Below are positions 57,001 through 64,000 of a stretch of 64,000 bases of DNA, piece after piece. The notes below the pieces were generated by a model. That model saw only the letters and a list, made by a program, of their open reading frames with translations, ran no database searches and was not told the DNA's origin. The stretch is from NCBI RefSeq assembly GCF_016432865.1, contig NC_067398.1:117428001-117492000 (forward strand). Reading direction: 5' to 3'. The first letter of the stretch is position 1. Each line of letters begins with the position of its first letter. The translations under genes and the position numbers were made by a program. The DNA is from Antechinus flavipes. Its lineage: Eukaryota.

Positions 57001-60000
57001 CTGCCCCTGACACCCCGCCCGTGAGAGATGCTCTCTAAAAAGCCGCGTGGGGTAGCGGTCACAAGAAATGGGTTTGGGATTCCCGGCTCTAACTTGTGTG
57101 ATGTACAGGAAGTCACTTAGACCCTTGGTGCCTCAGTTTCCTCATTTGTACAATGTTAGACCTAGGTAGCCTCAGAATAATCTTTCTCTAAAAACTTCTA
57201 GTCTTTTAAATATCTATTGAATAGATGAATAGAGATTAGTGGCTAGCTTCAGCACCGTCAGAAATAAAAAATGCAAAGGTACTCAGAGTTTGCAAGTAAC
57301 CTGTATCAAAAGGTGAGGCCTTCCTTTGGAGAAATAGACATCATTGTCGTCATTTTAAAATAATTGCCTAAGTTTTTCTCCAAGTATTGATGCTATATCT
57401 TTACGAAATTGCCCTCTAAGTAAAGGGCTGCCTTTTGGGGCCAGATAGGGAAATTGTTTCTACTGGAGAGACAGATGGCTAAATGTGTAGTGTTTCGCCT
57501 CTGGGAGGAAGGCAAAATTAAAGGCATGTCTGGTTCTAAACCCAGGATGGTGTAGGAACCATTGGCAATGCCTGCTTTTCTCAAGAGGCAGGGGTGAACA
57601 CTTCACATCAAGAATGAAAGAAAAAGCAGCTGCTAGTAGATGTATTTGTTGGGGGTTGGAGTTGGAGGAGGGGAAAATTAGTATTGAATAAAGAATAAAA
57701 GCAGCTGTTCCATATGTTGCCAAGGGACAGGATTATGCTTTTGTTCCTATAGAAGCCAGTGACTTGGGAAGTGGGGGTGGTAGGCTTTACTGTGCACCTG
57801 ATCCCACCAGAGGAAAAAGGGGAGGATACACATTGAAGGAGCATATTAAAAGCTGGGAAGTTTGGATAATTTTGTAGTCACAAAATCTTGTTGAAATAGG
57901 AAGATAAGTCAGTGGCTACCTCTGGTAACAGGAGAGAGAAAGAATATCCTAAATATTTTAACTTTTTAGGTTAGTTACTAACCTACATCAAAAAGTGAGG
58001 TTTATGGAGTTGAGTATAGTATGATCATTATTAACAAAAACTTAACAAGTCTTTTCTCCAAGTATTAATGGTCTAAAGACAATGATATATGCCCTCTAGA
58101 GAAAGGACAGTTCTTTTTTTTTGGGGGGGGGGGGAATTTGTTAGATATGGTAATAATTTAAAAACATAGAGAAAATTGAACGTTTCTCCCCTCCTCTTTG
58201 TGCTTCCTTCCCCCATTCAGGTTGGGTGCTGATTGATAGGAGTGGACGTCATTTTGGGACAATCCTGAACTACCTTCGGGATGGGTCAGTTCCTCTTCCA
58301 GAGGGCCCTCGGGAGCTGGGTGAGCTGTTGGGTGAGGCACGTTACTACTTGGTTCAGGGACTAGCTGAGGACTGCCAGTTAGCTCTACAGGTGAGATCAC
58401 ATGTTTTTCTACCTTTTTCTCTGTATATATTGACTTCTTGAGGGGCACAGAAAAAACACTTTTGTCTCCAGCCTATTTCTTCCCACACTATTCTATCCCT
58501 CATTTGCTTTTTAATCTCACATTATCTGAAGTAGTAACCAAGATGGAATGGGTACAATTGATGTGAGAGAATAAACTGAAGGGAGTGACATGTGAGTAAG
58601 GGAGCCTGGGGCCTTGTGGGCTTTTCTTTTAGGAACACTGTGTTCTCATTCAGGCTCCATGTCCACATTAGCTAGCTTTTTAATCTCTCTGGATCTGTTT
58701 CTTGTGAAATGAATAAATGGAACTGGTTCTAATATTTTGTCTAGTTCCAGCAAAAATAATTCACACTTATAAAATACTTTTAAGGACTATAAAGCATCAT
58801 TACTCCCCATCCCCCCCTCACCAAATCCTGTGAAGTATAAAAATTGAGGAAACTGAGGCTCAGAAAAGTAAAATGATTTTGCTCTTGATCATACATCTAA
58901 TGTCAGAACCAGAACATAAACTCTGGTCTACTGACTCCTAGTATCTTGTCTTTTCTAGTATGCCAATTACTTTGTGTGTCTTAGTGCTGTTTTAAAACAC
59001 TTAAAATGGCACTAAGTTTGAGACATTTTTTATTTTTTATAGTGTGTTCAAAAATGTATATGTAACACAAAATAATTCCATAGAATAGTCAGGCTCAGTG
59101 TTTTCCTCCTTTGACAGATTAGGAAATATACTAAGAGGTAGGTAAAGTCCTTTGCACTAGTTCATTCAAAGCATGTGGCAGAACCAGAATTATATCCCAG
59201 TGTCCTTTCTATTGTATTATTTTGTTTTTCCTGCTCTGATTTAAGAAGAGCCTCTTCTGTACTATTGTGTTTCCTGATAGTTGTGGGGCTCTGAAAAGTG
59301 TTGTAGCCATGAGTGATAGTGAAAAGAGAAGTAGAGATGGCTGAATTTCTTACTTGATTCTTAAGTCCCAGTTCTTCTCACCCTTCTTCCCACTTCTTCT
59401 TCCCTGTCAAGCAATAACTAACTTCCTTTCTCTTTCTCAGCAAAAGAGCGAGAGTCTTTCCCCGCTCTGCCTTATCCCCATGGTGACATCTCCACGGGAG
59501 GAACAGCAGCTTTTGGCTAGCACCTCTAAGGTGAGACACCCGCAGATTGGGAAGGACTGGCTTTTTTGAACACAGTCTGATCCTTTTCTTCTGTCCTTTC
59601 TTTTTCCCCCTCAGCCAGTGGTGAAGCTGTTGCACAATCGAAGTAACAACAAATATTCCTACACCAGGTAAGGGGGAACCCTGGATTGGCCCCGCTCTTC
59701 AATTCTCCACCCCCCCCCCACCCCCCCCCGTCCTCTTCCTTAACAGGCTATAGACTTATTCCCCAAGTTCCTGTCTCCTTTCTAAATCCATTCCCAATAA
59801 CCATAATTCTAACTTGGTCAGTTGGTTTTGGTGCTAGAATTTGACTGCCTTTTGCTATCCACCTCTCCAATCCCCTAGCACGTCGGATGACAACCTACTA
59901 AAGAACATTGAGCTATTCGACAAGCTGGCATTGCGCTTCCACGGGCGGTTGCTCTTTCTCAAAGATGTGCTAGGTGATGAGATCTGCTGCTGGTCTTTTT

Positions 60001-60654
60001 ATGGACAGGGCCGAAAGATTGCCGAAGTCTGCTGTACCTCCATTGTCTATGCCACTGAGAAGAAGCAGACCAAGGTCAGAGATGAGCCTGGGATTTGAAG
60101 ATGGGAGAGGTCTACTTTAGCATTCTTAGCTGTTAAGGAAGCAATGGAATGGGTATTTGTATGCTTATGGGAGGAAGAAACTGGGTGTATTGAAAATAAG
60201 GTAGTTGTAGAGGCTGCCACTTCTCTTTCTCTCTCTTCTCCTTTTCCCTCTTTCCTTCCACATCTTCCTCCCTCTACTCTCTCCATTCTTCTCTTTCCTT
60301 CCTTTTCTCTCTTAATTTCTCTTTCTTCCTACTCTTCCCTTCCCCACTTTTGATGAGACCAAAATGGCTCAAATATGGGGCAAGTGGTTGCCAACCTTGG
60401 CATCTACCTTTTTACAGGTAGAATTCCCAGAGGCAAGGATCTTTGAAGAAACATTGAATATTTTGATCTATGAGACACCCCGGGGGCCTGACCCTGCTCT
60501 CCTAGAGGCCACTGGGGGTGCTGCTGGAGGAGGTGGGGCTGGACGGGGAGAAGATGAAGATGGACGAGAGCATCGAGTCCGAAGGATCCACGTCAGACGA
60601 CATATCACTCATGATGAACGACCCCATGGCCAACAGGCTGTCTTCAAAGATTGA
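56631..60654 (+). CDS. KCTD13: BTB/POZ domain Cullin-3 adaptor KCTD13 (BACURD1/PDIP1), about 340 aa
   Basis: Exons: 56631-56907, 58221-58390, 59441-59530, 59615-59667, 59879-60074, 60418-60654 (1023 nt). [18 protein letters not shown]...[18 protein letters not shown]; PCNA-binding QTKVEFP across exons 5/6; ends [15 protein letters not shown] at 61282-61287. Confidence 0.97.
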
Positions 60655-61876
60655 CCTTTTCACTCACCTTGCCCTCAAATTTGTTCTGCTCTCTTACTAT
60701 TACCACCACCATAATGCTTCCACTCTCTCCTTTCCCATGACTTCTGCCCCGGCTTTGCTGGTCAAGTCGTGGGTTTCCTTTCTCCACTCAGTATTTCAGA
60801 TTTATGATACGGTACATTTAGCTCCTTTTATCCTCCTTATTACTCCAAGACCATCCACAACATGGTACATTTCAAGGCATATAATACAGTGCTTCCCAAA
60901 ATGTCACATTTATTAGATTCACCCTCTCCAAACCACTCAGATCTATTTTCTCCCACTTATTCTACCTTCTCCCTATCTCCAGTTCTTACATTCCACTGTC
61001 TTTGCATCCATCATAAGTACATTTCAGATCTTTGGTTCTATGTTTTCACTTCTTTTTAGTATGTATTATGTGCCAAAGTTTTTCTCATGACCTTAACCAT
61101 CTGCTACATTCCAAGCCTACTTCTTTACTCCTTTATGTTTTACAACCAATTCACCTACAATCCTGTCCCTGGCCCTTGTTCCTTCTTGAATTGGTACAGA
61201 AGTGGCCTGTGGTCTTTCCAACCTGGCCTCCCCACCTACTTATTTCTTATTATTTATTTTAATTTTCTATTAAATTATTGAAATAAAGTTAAATTGCAAG
61301 GATAGACTTGGTTCCTGGAAGAGAGATTTTATCTTTGGCAGGCTGGAATTTGTTTTGTGGGGTATGATGAGAGAAGGCTGGGGAACTTCTGTGCAGGGTA
61401 GGTAAGTTTCACCTATTTGTAGAGTTGAAAGGAATCTTAGGTTATTTAGTCCAGCCCTGTCATTTCAGAGATGTAAGAACCTGAATTTCAGGTTGTTAAA
61501 TGATTTGCTTAAAAACCAAATTTTAGTGGCAGGAGCAAGCCTAGAAACTGGGTTTTCTCACTTTAAATGTAGTATTCTTTGCTTTATATTATACTGCATC
61601 TAAAACTACCCAATCTCAGCTTTGTGTCCCTTTTACATATCATAGAAGGATGCTGCCAGGATTTAAAGAGTTTTGTAAATTTGTATTTTAGTTCTTGGAA
61701 ATGCCACCTCCTAACTTCTGCATGCCCCATCAGTGACACCCATAACAGCACCAGAAGTGAGAGGCAAACCATGTCATACCACGCTGTCCAAGTCCAATGT
61801 GTTTGTGGTTCATGAATAGAAGATGGGGGGAGGGAGGGAGCTCTCTAGGGGGCATACTGGGACATCAAATTACCCT

Positions 61877-63085
61877 TCAAGGGTCAGGTGCAAAGACAAA
61901 ATCAAGAGCTTGTCTCTCAGCCCCAGCAACATTGGGATGCCAGAGGTCAACAATGAAGACCACCCGAGGGCCATCTTCTGGAGAGCCTGGAGACAAAAAG
62001 GAAGCAGAGGATTATAATTGTTCGGGTTTCATTCTTAAATCCAGATTTGGCCAAACCCCACTTTAGACTCCAAAATCCCATATTTGCAGAACTCTGTGTC
62101 TTGGTTACCATTGTGAGCTGCAGTGTGCAGGAAAGAATCATCCACGAGCAGGCAATGTCCCTCAGACCAGCACTGGGGCTCACCCCCAACAACTAATTCA
62201 CAACCAGGGGGAATCTTCAGGCCTGTTGGAGAAGGCCCAGGTAAAAATCAGAGGAGTCACCAAACTCAGAAATTCCTATCACTTCCCCAGATCTATAATC
62301 TTCCATTTTGCCCCAGGTTTGACCTAAACATCCTTAATTTACTACTTACCCAAGTGACAACGAACCCGAGCATTAGTGGGTCCACAGCGTCCCTCAAGTC
62401 TGGCTCCAGGCAGAAGAACAGAAAAACCAGCATTGCCAAAAGAATTGGCACTCACAAAGCTTCTCAGTCCTCTAAGAGCCCGATAAGCCCCTGGGCAGCG
62501 TCGGCAATTATTTGGCTGACACCGACCAGCCCTGTAGAGTAGGAACTGGTGGCAGCCAGGCGCCAAAGGAGAAGACCAACCCCGTGGTGGAGAAGATGTC
62601 CCTGAGAAATCCCAGCTCACAGTTCCAAAGTCCCGAAGAATGGCAGGGAAATTACTTTCTAGGAGTTCCACATCATGTCGCTGAGCATCCCGGGGCACAA
62701 ATGGAGCAGAAGGAAGATCCGGCAAAAAGAGTAGAGCTGGGCGTTGGATTCCTGGACCTCCACCGAGGCTGCTGCTGCCCTGAGCTGCCCTCCTCACCCT
62801 CCCCATCCCAGCCCAGGAGTAACGCTGGGCATAGGCCCGAAGTCTCCTACTCACCAGGCCTTCTGCCCCAGGCCCTTCACCAGGCTCCCTGGTAATCCCT
62901 GACCCTTGACCTCCAGCCTCCGAACCTCTACCAGCTCCAGCACCCCCTCTGCTAGCACCCCCTACCCCAGGGATTGGGGTATCCTGTGAGCCCAATCGAT
63001 AGCAGTACCAGAGGAAAAGGGAAGTGAGGGCCCCAAGGATCAGAGTGAGGGCTGGGCAGGCCAGGGGTAGTGGCCAAGGGGGCAT
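61877..63085 (-). CDS. ASPHD1: Aspartate beta-hydroxylase domain-containing 1, about 319 aa
   Basis: Exons (minus): 62350-63085, 62109-62222, 61877-61986 (960 nt). Signal-anchor [20 protein letters not shown]; [18 protein letters not shown]; DDSFLH; VDLWHPNV; ends DFVFAPDP*. Kozak CCACCATG. Confidence 0.95.
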
Positions 63086-63499
63086 GGTGGAAATGGAGTG
63101 GGGAGTCTAGTCAAAAGGCCCCAGGCATTCCCTAAATCTTTCCCTCCTCACCCTGCCCTACTGGCTCTTTCCTCTAACAACCTCAGATTTACCCTCCTAG
63201 GGCCTTACTCCATGCTGTCTTCCTCATTCTCCATCACCTTTCCTTCCTGGCCCCCTTTTTCTGGGGTTTTTGCCTCCACGATTCTGCTTCCACTTTTCAA
63301 TTTCTCTCTTCTTCCATCAGCAGTTCCTGTCCCACCTCATCATGCAGCCCTCAGATCCTGAAGTGGATCCTAATCCTCTGCAGCAGCTTCCACCTTCCCT
63401 CCACAACCCTCTCCTTCCTTTCCTCTCTTCTTCTGTCCCTCTCCACCTCCTCGTCTCTCCTTTTCCCCTCCCCTTAACTCCGCTCTATCCCTTCTATTC

Positions 63500-64000
63500 T
63501 CCTCTCCTCTCTCCCCCTCCTTTCCCACTCACCCTGACGTCATCTTCCCCCCTTCCCTCCCCCGCACCCATCATTTCAGGCCCACCCCAGAATCAGCCGC
63601 ATCTCGGGGATACTCGCGTCAGGAAGGGAAAGAGCAGAGGGAAGGGGGCAAGGCAAGGAGGGGAGAGGGAGCTTTTGTAATCCGGGGTTGGAGGCAGGGG
63701 AGGGATGACCCCTGAAGGCTTGGAAAGCAAGACTGACAGAGCTGGACTCCCCTCCTTGGCTGGATGTCAAGTCGGGCTCTGAGGTGGCTGCGTTGGAGTC
63801 CGGCCGGCCCGCAATGCGAAAAGGGGGAGGGAGGGGCGGGGCATGGAGCCAATGGTTAGGGAAGAGTGGAGAGACCAACAGATTGGTGGGGCGAGGGCGG
63901 CAGTGACAACCCGCGGGAGGCAATCAAGTCAGCAGCTTCCAGGGGCAGAGCCACCTCAGTCTGTCTCTAGGTGACTCTTCTCCCTCCCAGCACCAGTCTA
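63500..64000. promoter_or_regulatory. CpG-rich divergent promoter region upstream of ASPHD1 (SEZ6L2 expected next by synteny)
   Basis: CRE TGACGTCA at 63535-63542, CCAAT/ATTGG boxes near 63848 and 63881, GC boxes. No SEZ6L2 coding sequence is visible in the window. Confidence 0.55.

Noticed and set aside
57248-57256. TTCAGCACC REST/NRSE left half-site in KCTD13 intron 1
   Set aside because: The right half (GGACAGCGCC) is absent, and a 9-mer is expected by chance at this scale.
63600-64000. SEZ6L2 coding start
   Set aside because: It is expected by synteny, but no matching signal-peptide ORF is visible inside the window.

Overview
This is vertebrate genomic DNA, almost certainly marsupial and plausibly dasyurid. 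That call is an inference from marsupial-type L1 3' ends and CORE-SINEs. The window is orthologous to human 16p11.2 in reversed orientation: INO80E(-, runs off left edge) / HIRIP3(+) / TAOK2(-, both alpha and beta 3' ends) / TMEM219(-) / ~25 kb repeat-only interval / KCTD13(+) / ASPHD1(-) / CpG promoter expected to lead into SEZ6L2. All exons were placed by hand with GT-AG boundaries, and the reading frames close without disablements. The most unusual object is a 6.9 kb betaretrovirus-like provirus (34566-41502, minus strand) nested in the inter-ORF spacer of an L1. It has a tRNA-Lys PBS, a PPT, a 6-bp TSD and decayed gag-pro-pol. Where env should be, it carries four things: (i) a 73-aa Arg-rich Rec/Rem-like ORF immediately after the env splice acceptor; (ii) an uninterrupted 225-aa ORF built from ten 57-bp/19-aa repeats, apparently amplified from the heptad just upstream of a gamma-type immunosuppressive domain; (iii) an RNA hairpin in each repeat whose loop varies only synonymously; and (iv) two compensatory GAAG hairpins before the PPT. 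Other points of note are an in-frame duplication at the HIRIP3 exon 2 donor, a distant branch point for the TAOK2-beta exon, overlapping KCTD13/ASPHD1 poly(A) signals and a 3x140-bp tandem repeat. No database searches were run; all identifications come from recalled protein and motif knowledge.
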